Under the pieces are notes generated by a model. The model saw only the letters and a program-made list of their open reading frames with translations, made no database searches and had not been told where the DNA came from. A program made the translations under genes and the position numbers. A DNA stretch of 64,000 bases from the human T2T-CHM13v2.0 reference genome, Homo sapiens. The stretch is taken from NCBI RefSeq assembly GCF_009914755.1, contig NC_060929.1, one strand, 5' to 3'. Of this stretch, positions 39,166 to 53,584 are shown in pieces. Within the stretch, counting starts at the first letter, position 1, and every line of letters begins with the position of its first letter.

Positions 39166-39889
39166 GACAATAATACCATTTTTTAAAATTACAATTTTGT
39201 TTTATGACTTACCTGATTACCACAGGTAAAACATATTGGAATTCCAGGATTCAAATGCATAAAATGTCTATGACTGATTTAAGCTGTTTCCCAGAAAAAG
39301 TTAACATGATATCACATAATGAAACACTCTTATGCTTAAGATGTAATACTTTCATATTGTTAAATTAGATTGGAAGTAAATCACAAACTTTTATTAGTTA
39401 GAAATTTATATATATTTCTGATCCAGAAAAATGCCTATAACTTCATAAAAATATTCAATTCTTTCTTTCTTGGTGCTGTCATCATTTGTAAAGAGATTAA
39501 TGGAAGTTGACAGCATGTGCCATTTATGTGTCAGGCTGGTTAGTAAAATCTTTTGATATGCAGAATTATTTGTCAGGTAACACATTTCTAGTTCTCTCTT
39601 CACCTTTAAGTCCATCTATCTACTTTGGGTCACTCTTATCTGTATCCAATAGCTTTAGCACAAATCGGCCCCATGAATTTTGTGTTCCTCACTTATTCTC
39701 CTTTCTTATAAACACTCAACAAATCATATTTTTCAATTACCTATTATACTTTTCTCAGCAGTAGCACAAAACAAATGCAGTAAAAGCACAGATGATAGGT
39801 TCTAGTGACTAACTTGAACATTTGGGGAGTTAATCTCAATTATTTGAATAATTATTTTAGTTTGCTATCGAGTTCATATTTCAATTTAG

Positions 39890-40250
<361 letters not shown>

Positions 40251-43247
40251 AAGAGTTTTCTATTCTTTACAAGTATCTGACCTTAAGATAGTTTAGAACT
40301 ACAGCATTTGACAATCTAAACAAACGATTGAACAAAAAACAAAACAACCCTATTTTTTCACTAATTCCAATGTTCACTTGCTATATTTTCATTGTCTTGA
40401 ACGCTTTTATGATTGTGCAGTTTTGATAGTAGAAAATGAATCCATGAACTCAAAGTAAAAGTAATTTCTTTAGTTATCATTTCTTTTTGGGGTATTATCA
40501 GTAAATTCAATCCTAACTATATTTTCCTGGATTGGTAATATTTGACACAATTCCTTTTTATTATCAAAGTCACTATACTTGATTTTGATGACATGTAAAG
40601 TTAATAAATCAATGGCTTTAGAAGTCTACACTGAGTGGTAAAAGAAGTCAGGAGCAGGAAGAAAACATATTTTTGGGCCATATTTCATTGGCATCCTATT
40701 TATTTAGAAAACCGTGTCTCTATTCTAGTTGGGTATGTAAATCATTAGGTTTTATTTTGGTAAAATGTACAGTTAATTATATATTTGGGAATTACTGCTT
40801 CTTAATATTTTTATAACAATGGGTCATGCAATGGTTTTTTTCTTGACTAAGTAAAAATTAAGTTGTATTCATATGCTTTCAAACTCAAATGTAACAGTTC
40901 CTAAAACAGAATGCAAACTTTTACATGTAAAGAAAAGTACATTTCCAGTGTGTTATTGTAATATTTAGAGTAGTCTAGATATTTCAGAAAAAAAGTTCTG
41001 TGTATCTTTTATAGTGATTAAATGTATTTTCCAACTTCTCAAATTCAACTTTCAATTATTTTTATAACATCAACTAATTTTGCATTAAATTTGATTTTGA
41101 TATATTGTATAAGATATAGCTCATCTTTTAAAGACGTTTTATATTTCTAACATATGGAACATGCTTTTATGTCACATTTTCTAAAGGTTACAATTTCATG
41201 AACTGGCAATTAAAGGGTTATTTAATTGAAGAAGTTCAGAGTTGAATCAGCATTTCCCAGTGGCACGTATCTTTAGCAGTAAGTATAGAAGCAAACTCGG
41301 AAGAAACACGTTTGAAGTGGCAGAACTAATCATGCAGAAGCAATTTGTGATTTTTTTTCTCTCAGCCTAGATAAAGCAGAGCATTAGGACATCGGCTGTG
41401 CTGAACAAGGTCAATTTACTGTGAAAAGCCAGCTATAGACTACAACTTCAAATAGACTTTTATCCTGCATAGCTAAAAACAGGATTTAGCCTATTGCTTA
41501 CACTGCAGAATGGGCAAAATGAAGTGGACAATTCAATTAGGATGCACCCGTATTTGTCACTAACTTTTTTTTTTTAACTGTTTCAGATAATCAGCTTGTA
41601 ACTGGATCCAAAGATTTCTCCCACCCCTGAGAACAAAGTCTAAATTCTTGGTTGTTCATGTTCTCTGCAAGAAAGTATATTTTTTAGTGTTATAAATGTA
41701 ATCAATAAGAATCCACCAATTATGTGTAAACAAATTTTAGCATCCATTTTCTTTTCTTGCATTTAATTTACTTTAGACTTTAAAATGCAACCTTTCCCTC
41801 AGAAATATATACGAAACTGTCTTTACAAATTATATATTAAAAACATAAAATAACTTTTTGAATTTAGCATTTATGTGATGTGCTATACGACTATTTACCT
41901 ATTATCCCTTAAATAGAAGACACTTCATAAAGATGATTCTGCCTCTTCTGTTGGACTAGATGTAACATTCTCATTAATTTTTCAAAATGATTATATTTAT
42001 GGGAGTAATCATATAAATTGTTTGGCTAATCACAGTGAATAAACAGTCTTCTCTCTTAGCAATGGGGAAAAAAACTCTCCTACCTTGTTTTCTGGCTGAT
42101 GTCCAGAATAGATTATTCTTATGAAAAATGAAATAAGAGTGTACCTTAATTATCTGTTCAAGGATTCAGCCATCTGGGATATTCATGTTTTAGTGCATTT
42201 AACTTTATTAGGTGCATCTGATTGACTTCCTTTGGCCACAATTTGTTTTGATAATGGTATCAATAATCAATTATATTCAAAATACATGAAAGCTGATGGC
42301 ATTTATTCCTGGAAGCTGAGCTAGAAAGTTAATGAAGATATGATTAAATGTCATTGTTAATATAGTTTGTAATAAAAATATACATCCATGCCTAAAGCAT
42401 AATAGCTCTAAAATTTAATGTACCAGTCAACAGTTTGTGGGCCATAATCTGCTGCTGCTGTTAAACGTTTGGCAGGTGATGGAACGCCATGGTGTTCACA
42501 CTGACTCCTGGAAGATTGTAGAAGTCAGTCTTTTAATGTTTTCATTGGCTCACAGAGATGCTGAGGTCATGTATCTCAGTAAGACAAGCATCACTGGAGT
42601 CTGCTTTTGCTGATCCAATGATCGCCAGTAACACACTGTTCTTTTAGAGTTTATGACTCTGCATAAAGGACAGAGTAAAATATGTGACTCAGGTCAAAAA
42701 TGAGGATGAAAGAAATCAGGGATGAGGTAGTCATTTTAAAAAGAAATGTACAATCACTGCTTGTTACTATTACATATTAAAACTCAAACTCCAGATAATT
42801 GAAAACAGATATATTTTTCCCACAGATGTTAATGTTTGTATTTAGTAACAATCAAAAATATATTAAAAAATTAAAACACGTGTAAATTAATTTTGTCTTT
42901 ATTTTTTCAAATTTAGGCATTTCACATCATTTGTATGTGTAGCTGCTTCTTTTTGTTTTGTAAGACATTACCACTTAAATAATCCTCCAAAATTCGGTAT
43001 CTATTGTGAACTTTTAATAGTTAGGAATAGTGGGTTATAAACTTTGTATTTCTGTTGTGCTGTAGCATCACTATACTATGTAATGTTATGTATTCACACA
43101 AGTAATATTTTAGATTTAAAAAATAGAGAATTGTTAGATATAGAGTATATTTTGAATACAATATTAATATATGTGTAATATTCTGTAACTGTGATAGTTT
43201 TACACTAAAACAGATGATATGAATACTGTTACATCACCAGATCACAT

Positions 43248-43370
43248 CACAGTTCTCAGCCTTGATTGGAATCACCTGGATACCTTCAAAATATAATGTG
43301 GTTGATTCCAATCCATGAAATTGTGATTTAATTGATCTGGTATATTGCCTGACACTATTTAGAAACCAAA
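43248..43370. mobile_element. MER5-family fragment
   Basis: cagttctcagccttg...ttggaatcacctgg...tgatttaattgatctgg. Confidence 0.5.
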
Positions 43371-44923
43371 ACATGCCAACCAATTTTTTTTTTTGGTCTG
43401 GATAGTGACAATTCAACTGGCTAGTTCATTACAAATTTTGAGGGTAAATATCATAGGTTCAAATTATTTTTTCAATTTTTTTACCCGGATAATTTCTTCA
43501 ATTGTCCACTTTACTGAAGTAGAGCCTGAATTATAATACTTTTTTGTGTGTCTATGTGTGAAGTAGACTAATTTCTGAGAAATCAGTTTTAATACAAGCA
43601 TTCCAGCGTTGCATATACTAAAGAACTTTAAATGTACTAATTGTAATGCACCTATACAGATTGTTTCTTTAAATTATTTGCAGTTTAACAATCACTACAA
43701 TGGCAATTTTATGTTGAATAAAATTACATATAAAATGATATAATAGATGTGAAAGTACTTTTAAAACTTAAAAAAGCTAAACAAATTGAAGTATTAGTAT
43801 TACGGTACCATTGTGTATCAACAAATTCACTTAATTGAGAAGTCTTTATATTCATATTCAACTGTAATCCAATCATTCTCTTGGTAAAGAATTTTTAAGT
43901 ACATACTTACACAATCTCTTTGACATTTTACATTTTGTCTAACATTAGTGAAACTTCATAAGGCTTTAAATTTCAGAATTTTTGTATTCTTATGTTTGTG
44001 TGTTTATCTTCAAAGCAATCTCTACTATGGCACATATTGTGCATTTAGATAATCCAATCATGGTAAGTTAATACTCCTGATTTAGTGACCAAATAAGATA
44101 CATCTTCAGGCTTACTAATTATCAAACAAGTTATGAAATTATTTCACTTTCTAACCTGCCATGGCCAAGATAGTTGACTTGCATAATGTAGTTTAATTAC
44201 TCTTAAAATTTCACACACACCTTCAAAAAGAAATGAGAGAAGCCAGTGATCTGTGACAAAACCAACTTTCAGCCTCTCATTGACTAACCACCCAACAAAC
44301 ATCCATTTTGTTTACATTTTGAATTACATGATCTCCAGTGTCTTACAATCTAATACAATGCAGCAAATGAACAAAAATGAACAAAGCATCATCACCTCTA
44401 CTCCTACTCTCATCACAGGAAATAATCTTGTCACTCTGGAAAATGTAAAAACAACTGGGTCGTTTACATTGGCCAGGGTCAATATACTTCTCTTGAACAC
44501 AGGCATGCAATAATTTTTGAAATTAAACCATAAAATATCCTCATTAAATGTTTCATGGAAAGTTTTTAACATTAGGTATAAAATTAACAATCCTGAATAA
44601 TCAAAAGAAAACAAGAGAATAGCTATTTTGAGTGACATTATGTTTGTCTAAACCCCAAATATTCAAGAACAGAAATTTCCAGTATGAAATAATGAGAAAA
44701 TGAGGGGTAAGCTCTGTATAGAAATATAGAAAAGGAAGGTGACAGAGACATGTGAATCTATAGTTTTATAGCAAATTATTAAAAAAAAAAGAGCACAGGA
44801 GCTGGTGTTGACACTATGCCACAACCTATGTCTATGTGTTGAAACTTTGCAGACATGTTTCCCCTTGTGATATTCAGCTAAGTGTGTATTTGTTCTTATG
44901 TGTGTGAGAGAAGAATAGCAGGT

Positions 44924-44930
44924 GGAGAGA

Positions 44931-44962
<32 letters not shown>

Positions 44963-44971
44963 CAGAGAGAA
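44924..44971. repeat. (GA)n microsatellite
   Basis: Seen directly, with GACA interruptions. Confidence 0.95.
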
Positions 44972-45931
44972 AGTGCTGGGAGAGGGCAAAATAGCAAGTG
45001 TTGTGTTTTATTTTTTTAAAGTAAGAGTTATAACCAGAATAAAAAGTAAGATAAATATAAGAATAGTTAATTATACCTGTAGAAAAGTTAGAGTAGAAAA
45101 TAATATTTGAATATTCCAAGATTTTTGGAATAGTGTAGCAGGCTTATGAAACTACAATGTTTTCCCTCATTTATGAATTACAACTTTAAGTAGGTGTAAA
45201 TGGAAGTTGCTTATTGGTGAATGGCAATTTTAAATATTCAGTTGTCTTGGAATTGAGATGATCCAAAATGATAAACAATCCAGAAAATGAATAAACAAGC
45301 AAGCAGACAGTCATCCTTTAGTTCCTCTTCAGCGATCTGCATCTCTTTTTGGTCTATTCACAGATACGTCCTAGAGTTATCCCTCTTCATGGGAGTTTGT
45401 AAATCATGACAGTCCCATGACCAGATGGGAACCCTGTCTGCTTTAAGTATATTGAAAAGTGGGAGAGCCAGTATATTTTAGTTCGTTATTAAATGGCAGT
45501 AGATTCTACTGATGCTTTCTTTTCAAACTCCTTTCTACTGCTATTTTGCTGCTGTTATTCTAGAAACCTAGCATGTAACTTCTGAGAACTGCCTATGTTT
45601 AACTCTTTACCTAAAAGTATTTCAAGGCTTTCTCTTCATTATTTTCTTCCCTATAAAGGATACTGTGAGCACAAGGACAATGGTGACAAGAGACTGCAGG
45701 CACCAGTAAACTGGCTACGAAGGGAACAACAATTCATTAATTTCAAGAGTCTTGAGTTACTATGAGATAGAAATGGTACTGGCCTTGATGGACTGAAAAA
45801 CGCTAAGTATTCTGACTTTCCTACTATAAAATGACACAGCCTTAAGTGTTAAGAATCTATGTTGGGATAATTGGTGTTTATTTTGAAAAACATTAACTCT
45901 GAGACTATAAAGGAATGAGAAAGTTAGAAAA

Positions 45932-46110
45932 CAGCATAGCCTAGCGAGAAAGTACGTGATAGAGTGTCAGAACATCTGGATTCTGGCTTGAACTCTGTAA
46001 TATTACAAAACCCAGTGGATATCACCAAGTCTGCTGTTCCTCTTTGCAAAATGAGATTTTGTTCTTTTACCTGCCACAAAGAAGTGCTATGAATATACGT
46101 GATCTTAAGG
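45932..46110 (+). mobile_element. MIR
   Basis: cagcatagcctagcgagaaag...gagtgtcagaacatctggattctggc...ttcctctttgcaaaatgag. Confidence 0.6.
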
Positions 46111-47472
46111 ACTGAAGATGTTTTGCTCCTACTGAGGGAACGTTAGACAGCTCTGCATACTCCTTGACCTATCAACCAGAGTTTCTCCTTCTCCCCCTCC
46201 TTTCCTCTCTTCCTTCATCATTGGAGATCCTGTTTCTACAGAGTGCCAACCAGGACTGCTGTGGGTTCTTGTTTGTGATATGTGTAGTTCAAGGAGCACC
46301 ATTTTTGCTGGATATTTATTTAAACAAACTTCAGGCAGATGGCAGTAAAGTGTTTTGTTCCAAAAAATATCCATCTATTACAACAATATTCTGACATGTG
46401 GAAATAAAGTGTTTTGACAAAGGGATACATTTTTTTTTCTAATTATCACAAAATCATTTGGTGGTATTCTAATTGGATATAGATCTGTCTTCCTCATTAG
46501 AGACTGGCAATAAGAGACATACAAGAACTTAATAAAACATTGTAGAGGAGACTTCTGCATCTAGATAGAAGAGGACTGAGTGAAGTAGGAAGTGATGATC
46601 AACTTAAAGGTTCTGGGTCTTGTGTGAAAGTTTTTACATAAATTTATTTTAACAGCTCTGAAGTCTCCAATAGCTCTTAGACTGTTATAATTAAATGTTA
46701 TTAATTGTATTTTGTAGACTTCGGTGGAAAGAACCTGGAAAGGTTTATTTTTTTTCTTTTAATATCTCTAACTCCTCTACTTCCACAAATATATTAAAGG
46801 AATTCTTTCTTAAAATTTGTTTAGCAAGTTCATTCATACTTGGAGTTGATCATATATGCAGTATGTGGAGAGGGTGTAACAGAGGTGCCTTCTGAAAATT
46901 AGAAAATAAATTTGCTCTCTGAGAGTTAAACCACAAATCAAGATATGAGGAATCAAAGCAGATATTTTCAAATACAGATATTTAAAAGGAGCCCAGTAAG
47001 ATCTGACTTTACTCTGATAAAAGACATTAATAGATCTAAAGAAGGAATGGGCCAGTCAGAGGGGTCCTGGTCACCTGTGTAAGGTTAGAAAAAAGAGGAT
47101 TTCCACCAACAAACTTTTGCCCCTCTCAGAAGAGTCCATGCCGCATCGCTCCCTTTAAATTTGTCTTTTAGAACCCAATGTCGTGTCCCCTAAAATCCAG
47201 AGCGGTCATTTAAAATAAAATAAAATTAGGTTGTGCCCATGTTAAAACTCACACAGCTTTCTCTTGTGCTGAGAATTCCTCACCCTGGCCTCCAAAGCCT
47301 CCTAGGATATTTTCCCTGTCTATCTCTCCATCCACGTCTCTGAGTTCTCTATCCCCTGCCAGACATTCCAGCCTTCTTGTGTTTCTCAAGCTTGCCACCA
47401 ATTTTCACTACTAGGGGCCTTTGTACTCGCTTTCTTCCCTGCCTGGAAGGATCCTCCAGGGTAAGCTCATTC

Positions 47473-47772
47473 TTTTTTTTTTTTTTTTGAGACGGAGTCT
47501 CGCCCTGTCGCCCAAGCTGGAGTGCATCGGCGCGATCTCTGCTCACTACAAGTTCCGCCTCCCGGGTTCACGCCATTCTCCTGCCTCAGCCTCCTGAGTA
47601 GCTGGGACTACAGGTGCCTGCCACCACGCCCGGCTGATTTTTTGTATTTTTTTTAGTAGAGACGGGGTTTCACTGTGTTAGCCAGGATGGTCTCGTTCTC
47701 CTGACCTCGTGATCCGCCCGCCTCGGCCCCGCAAAGTGCTGGGATTACAGGCGTGAGCCACCGCGCCCGGCC
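47473..47772 (-). mobile_element. AluY, inserted in an L2 fragment (~47190-47950)
   Basis: CpG-rich full dimer with Y diagnostics; TSD ggYaagcYcattctt. Confidence 0.96.
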
Positions 47773-47989
47773 GGCAAGCCCATTCTTAATCTGTCAGATT
47801 AAAAGTCATTTCCTCAAAGATGTTTTCCCCACACCATCTGAATAGAAACCCAGCCACTCTCTGTAACATTAATGTACTGTAATTGTCTCCATAATTAGCA
47901 GAAACCTATCCCTATCTGATTGTTTATTTGTTGGCAACAAATACTCCCAAGCTAGTTGCCATATTTGTTTACTTTTCTTTCTGGGGACA

Positions 47990-48460
47990 CAGTTAGGTGA
48001 ACGCAGTGCCTACCGCCTGGTTGTAGAGACAGACATACGGAGACCTGCCTGAAAATCAGAACCATGGGCAAAAGCTGGGGTGGGGGGATCCAAGCAACAC
48101 GTGGGATTCACGGAGAGGCCACCGAGGGTATGGCCTGGTGGAGTTCCAGGCATTTGGTTTCCATGGCAGGGTTAGGTAAGCTGTCTCAGGTGGAGCCAAG
48201 CCACACCGTTGGGCCTGCACTAGGCAGGCAGCTAGGCGCTGGGAAAGCCACAGAACTCGGAAGAGGAGGTCGAAGCACTGAACTTGGCAGGTGGCCTGAG
48301 CAGAGGACATAGGGTCCCAACTTCAAAGTACTTTTCCTCTGAGGTATATTTCAGCTCGCAAACATTTCCCAAGAAGACAAGAGTAAATCCCAGAACGCAA
48401 GCTGACTTTGGCTAGTATCTCAACAGTGATATTGGCCCGATTACACGCTCTCGCTCTATC
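47990..48460. promoter_or_regulatory. GC/CpG-enriched unique island, candidate promoter
   Basis: About 15 CpGs in ~470 bp by manual count; E-box CACGTG; RFX-like GTTTCCATGGCAG; donor TAG|GTAAGC at 48176. Confidence 0.4.
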
Positions 48461-50802
48461 ATGTTTGCATTTGGCCATATAATGAACCTAATTATGCACC
48501 CTTTACTCTGGGTCTCCAGGTACTTAGGCAGAGTTTCAAATATATTTGAACCTAATCTAAATTACTTCACTTTGACTCCATCCTCCTCCAACAAGTCTTC
48601 CCATGCCTCCACTAAGTTGCTGTCTATTCATTGCAACATTGTAGTTGTTGTGGAAAAGCAAAGAACAATGTTAGACTTTCTGTATGTCTGCATATTTATT
48701 TACCCTCACAATCTCCAAAATCCTTGTGTTTAACAAGTCTACATGTTTTTCAAATATAGTTCAAAACCTGCCTTGTTTTGTTTTCAATTTTGACTACTGT
48801 GAATTCCGTCTTAACTAAGATTAAAGATAGGCTAGCAATAGGAAAAAGTTAAAATAAGTCAGTCAACTTAATAATCAGGAACCTACACAGAAGAAAGTTT
48901 GTAATTGCTGCCTGATAATCCCCATGGCATGTATAACTGGAGCACGCCAGAATGCTGCAGGGAAATTGTCAGAATGAGAATCAAGGACTTCAGCTTCAGG
49001 CTAAAAAAGTCAGGATTAGCTTGTGACTTACATTGCCACCCATGACTCAAAGAACAACTATTCTTTCAAATGACAGGTTTTCTAGTTTAAACCATACGAA
49101 TGAAAAGGAACATGCCTTTCACTGATGCATCATTGTTACTGTGGTTTAACTTCTTAACCCCTCTTCCTGTTGAAGATTCCTTCAATCTGAAGAGTGTCTA
49201 CAGCTTCAGTCACTAATTATGTTCCTACCTACTAGAATAAAAAAAAATTAGGAAAGCATTCTTTCTTAAGGTGTGCATTGAGATTATTTTAAACAAATTA
49301 TTATTTTAATTTATTCTGCAAAGGAGAAAAAGCTCTTTCTGACAATCTATGTAATTATTGAATAATGGGTTTTGGTGAGCTTTATTTTAGTTTATTAAAA
49401 CTAAGACATTTTAAAAACACAACTACTATGTTTGTATTTATGGATCCATAAACTTCCTTATTTGAATAATTTTATATTATATGCCAGAAAAGTATTAAAT
49501 TGTTCAGAAAAAGGTTGTGTTAGTATTTACAAATTAATTTCATGTATCATATTTGAATCAGTAAGGTGTTATTGCTGCCTTCAAGAGAAATTTTATTCTG
49601 TCTGATTTTAGATATTTTCACACAGATGAGAATGTCCTTAATATCCTGACCCCATTTACTCAACATTACTTAATATATCCCATACCTTATTGTCTATACC
49701 CTTCTCTTAGCTGCCCCTGGTATTCATCTTATGCTATGGAACATTTATCAAAACTAAGACATTATCATTGGGAAAATACTATAAACTAAACTACAGATCT
49801 TGTTTGGATGTCATCAGTTTTTCCACTATGCTCCTTTTCAGTTTCAGTATTCAGTCCACAGTGAATTTAGTTGTCTTGTCTCCTTGATCTCCAATCTGTG
49901 CAAGTTACTCAGTCCATCCTTGTCTTTTAAGACTTTGACTCCTTTGAAGAGCCAGGTACTTTGCAGAATATTCCTCATTTTAGATTTGTCTGGTGATTTC
50001 TGATGAGGTTTTGTATTTTCTATAAGAAACCATAGAGGTAGCATGCTTTATTTCATTGCATATTGGGGGTACAATATGTCAGTATGTCTTATTACTAGTG
50101 ATACTAATCTTGATCATTTATTGAGGAAGGTGTCTGCCAGATTTCTCCGCCACATTATTACATTTCCCTTTCTATACTCTACTCTTCTAATAAGTTTCCC
50201 CACATTCAATAGGAGGTGATTAAGCTCCTTTTCCTCAAGGTAGGTATATCAAAGAATGAAGCTTCACTTTCTTAAGTGTCATACATTAAAAACCATCACA
50301 GTAATTAGTAAATATTTTAGGAGAGAGTGAAATTTTGTAATTCTCTCATGCCTTCTATATGAGTTATATTTTATCTATATAATCAATCAGATATATATAT
50401 ATATATATATATATCAGTATGGACTTATAAATATTTGTTTTATTCTTTGGAGCAGAAGTGATAATCCAATAGGATTATTACTTATTTTGTTGTTCAAACT
50501 GTCCCAGTTTTTGCTACTGACAGCCCTTTCTTTCAGGTTAGGCACTACTTATTTTTGAAAAGCCACCTTCCTGCCCATCCCTCTCCACACTTTTTCTGAG
50601 CACTTTTTAACTTTCTGGTATCCCAAGATACTCCAAACTCATTCAGCATGTACTTTTTGTGCCCTAGCCCTAGAACCAGTCATTTCTCCAGGAAGTCCTG
50701 GCTCCTTTAATTGGAGTATAACATTAGAAACCAAGATCTGGGTGTCAGTGAGATTTGCTGCTCCTGGGGTGTCAACACACACAGCTGTATTTATCTATCT
50801 GA

Positions 50803-50803
<1 letters not shown>

Positions 50804-50836
<33 letters not shown>

Positions 50837-50840
50837 ACAC
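50804..50840. repeat. (CA)n microsatellite
   Basis: Seen directly. Confidence 0.95.
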
Positions 50841-51813
50841 CCCACTAATATTTCCAACTTCAATCCATCACTGTGTGGTTCATTCTAGCCATTCCTCCTT
50901 TGCTTATTTGTAATGTCTTTTCTTACACTGAGCATTCTGGCATTTCTTCCCTACAATACACTTTGTTATAAGTTCACCTGTAGTATAAATCTCAAGCAGT
51001 TTCAGAATTGCTAACAGTATCCCACCCTTACAAGACACAAATTGACCAACTAGAGTACAGTGTTTGTATGCAGATCTTTTTGTTTCTAGCCTTACAACAA
51101 AACACTGTTTAACAGTTACTTAGATCAGCTCTTTCCTTTACTTTTCCCCTTATTGTGGTGATATCATACATGTATAATACACTTAGATTCACTTGTCATA
51201 GTCTATAATCAAATTTGGCTTTCTCATTTTATTGATTTTATGTTTAATTTTTTTTACAATAATGTTTGTTTTTTGTGGTGTACAGTTCTATGGGTTTTGA
51301 CAAATGAATAAAGTCATGTGTCATCAGAATGATCACAGAATCATACAGAACAATTCCATCTCCCCAAATATTTCCTCATGCTGCATCCCCACTCCAAATA
51401 CCCAGTAATCACTCAAGTCTTTTGTCTACAGTTTCATCATTTCCAGAAGGTCATATAAATGGGATCATATAATATGTAACATAGGTTTATAATGCATTTA
51501 TATTGCATAAATTAATAATTTATTCCTTTTTATGGCTGAGTAGTATTCCATTGTATGGTTGCACCACAGTTTTTGTATTCAATCACTGGTTAAAGGAAAT
51601 GTGGCTTGTATCCAGTTTTTGTTAAACATGAATAAAACTGCTATAAACATGAATGTTTAGATTTGTATGTAAACATAAGTTTTCAATGTGCTTGCATAAA
51701 TATCTAAAAATGAGAACACTAGGTCATATGATAAATGTATATTTCATTTTAAAATAAATTGCAAAGCTGTTTTCTAAAGTTGCTATTCTATTTCAAATTC
51801 TACCAGGCATGTT

Positions 51814-51964
51814 CAGATTCTTCTTGACTTACGGTGGGGTTACATCCCCAAAAATCTCTCATAAGTCAAAAATATTGTAAGTCAAAAATGTATTTAATAC
51901 CATGAAAACACACTGTAAAGTTGAAAAATGGTAACTCAAACCATCATAACTTGGGGACCAACTG
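51814..51964. mobile_element. MER47/Tigger5-derived MITE
   Basis: cagattcttcttgacttacggtggggttacatccc...aaccatcataacttggggaccaactg followed by TA. Confidence 0.8.
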
Positions 51965-53584
51965 TATAAGAATTATAGTTGCTCTTAATCCTTGTTAGCG
52001 CTTTGCATGTCAGTTTTTTTGTTTGAATTTTAGCCATTCTAATACATATGTATTACAATAGATATAGAGTAGTATATCATTGTGCTTTTAATTCATTCAT
52101 TTCCCTCAGGACTAATTCATTCATTTCTCTCTTACTTGAACTTATTTCTCATTTATATATCTTCTTTGGTGAAGTGTATTTTCAGATCTTTTGCCTATTT
52201 AAAAAATCAGATTGATTGTTTTTGTTATTTATTTTTAAAGTGTTTATATATTCAGAGTACAAGTTACTTTACCAGATAGTTGATATTTTTTTCAGAATTT
52301 TGTCTTGTCTTCTTATTCTGTCTTTTGCAGAGAAAAATAATTGAAATAATTTCAAAAGAGTCTGATTTACCAATTTCTTCTTTTATGAATTGTGTTTTTG
52401 GTGTTATAGCTACAATTTTACAAAAACCAAGGTCATGCCAAACATCTATGATTTCTTTTCAAATTTTTATAGCTTTACATTTTACATTTAGGTTTATAAT
52501 TTATTTTGAGTTATTTTAAAAACAAGGTAGTAGGTATCGTTTTTTTCATATGCATGTCCAATTGTCCTAGAACTTTTTGATTGTCCTTTCCCCATACGTT
52601 GCCTTTTTACTTTTGTCAAAAATTACTTAACTATATTTATATGTGTCCATTTTCAAGTTCCCAATAATATCCCATTGATATATGAGTCTATCCTTTCACC
52701 AGTTCCACACTCTCTTGATTACCAAAGTTTCATACTACATCTTGAAATTGTGTAATGTGAGTTCTCCAATTTTACTTATCTTTTTCAGAATTATTTTCTT
52801 TGTTTTAGATCCTTCCCATTGCTCCATAAAATTTTAAACCAGCTATTCTGTATCTGCAAAAATACCTGCTGGTATTTCATTTGAGACATATATTTTGTTA
52901 GATTTGTACCTTAGTATTTTTTTTTGGAGGGGGTGATATTATAATTTTTTAAAATTTAAAACATTATTCATTGCTGGCATTGTAAGAATAAAATTGACAT
53001 TTATATACTTATTTATTTTGCATTCTGTAACCTTGCTAAAGACACTTACAGTTTAAAAGATTCTTAGTAAAATAAAAAAAAAATTTTAGTAAAATCTAAA
53101 ACAAAATCTAATTTTCTTATGAATTTTCTAAATGAACAGTTATGCTGTCTGTAAAAAGAGACAGTTTTATGGCTTCCTTTTTTATATATATGACTTTTTT
53201 CTTTTCTTGCCTTACTGAACTACCTAGAACTTTAAGTATGTTGAATTGTAGTGTTGAGAGAGTTCAACTTTACCTTGCTCCTGCTCCTGACCTTTATTCA
53301 GTTTCTCACCGTTCTGTATGATGTTCATCATAGGTTTATGTATATGCTCTTCATTAGGTTAAGAAACTTTCTTCCAGTTCTAAATTTGCTGAGTATTTAT
53401 CATAAATGTGTACTAAATTTTTTAAACAAATTTTCTGCAACTATGGAGAAAATCATATGGCTTTTCTTTTGTTTGTAAATATTGTGAATTACATTGTTTT
53501 TTTAACATTAATTGACTGTATATTCCTGAGAAAACCTCCAATCAATTGTTCATGGCACACTTTTCTTTCTTTTCTTTTTCTTGG

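Noticed and set aside
39135-39215. mir-548-type hairpin
   Set aside because: Only one Made1 arm is present, so no hairpin forms
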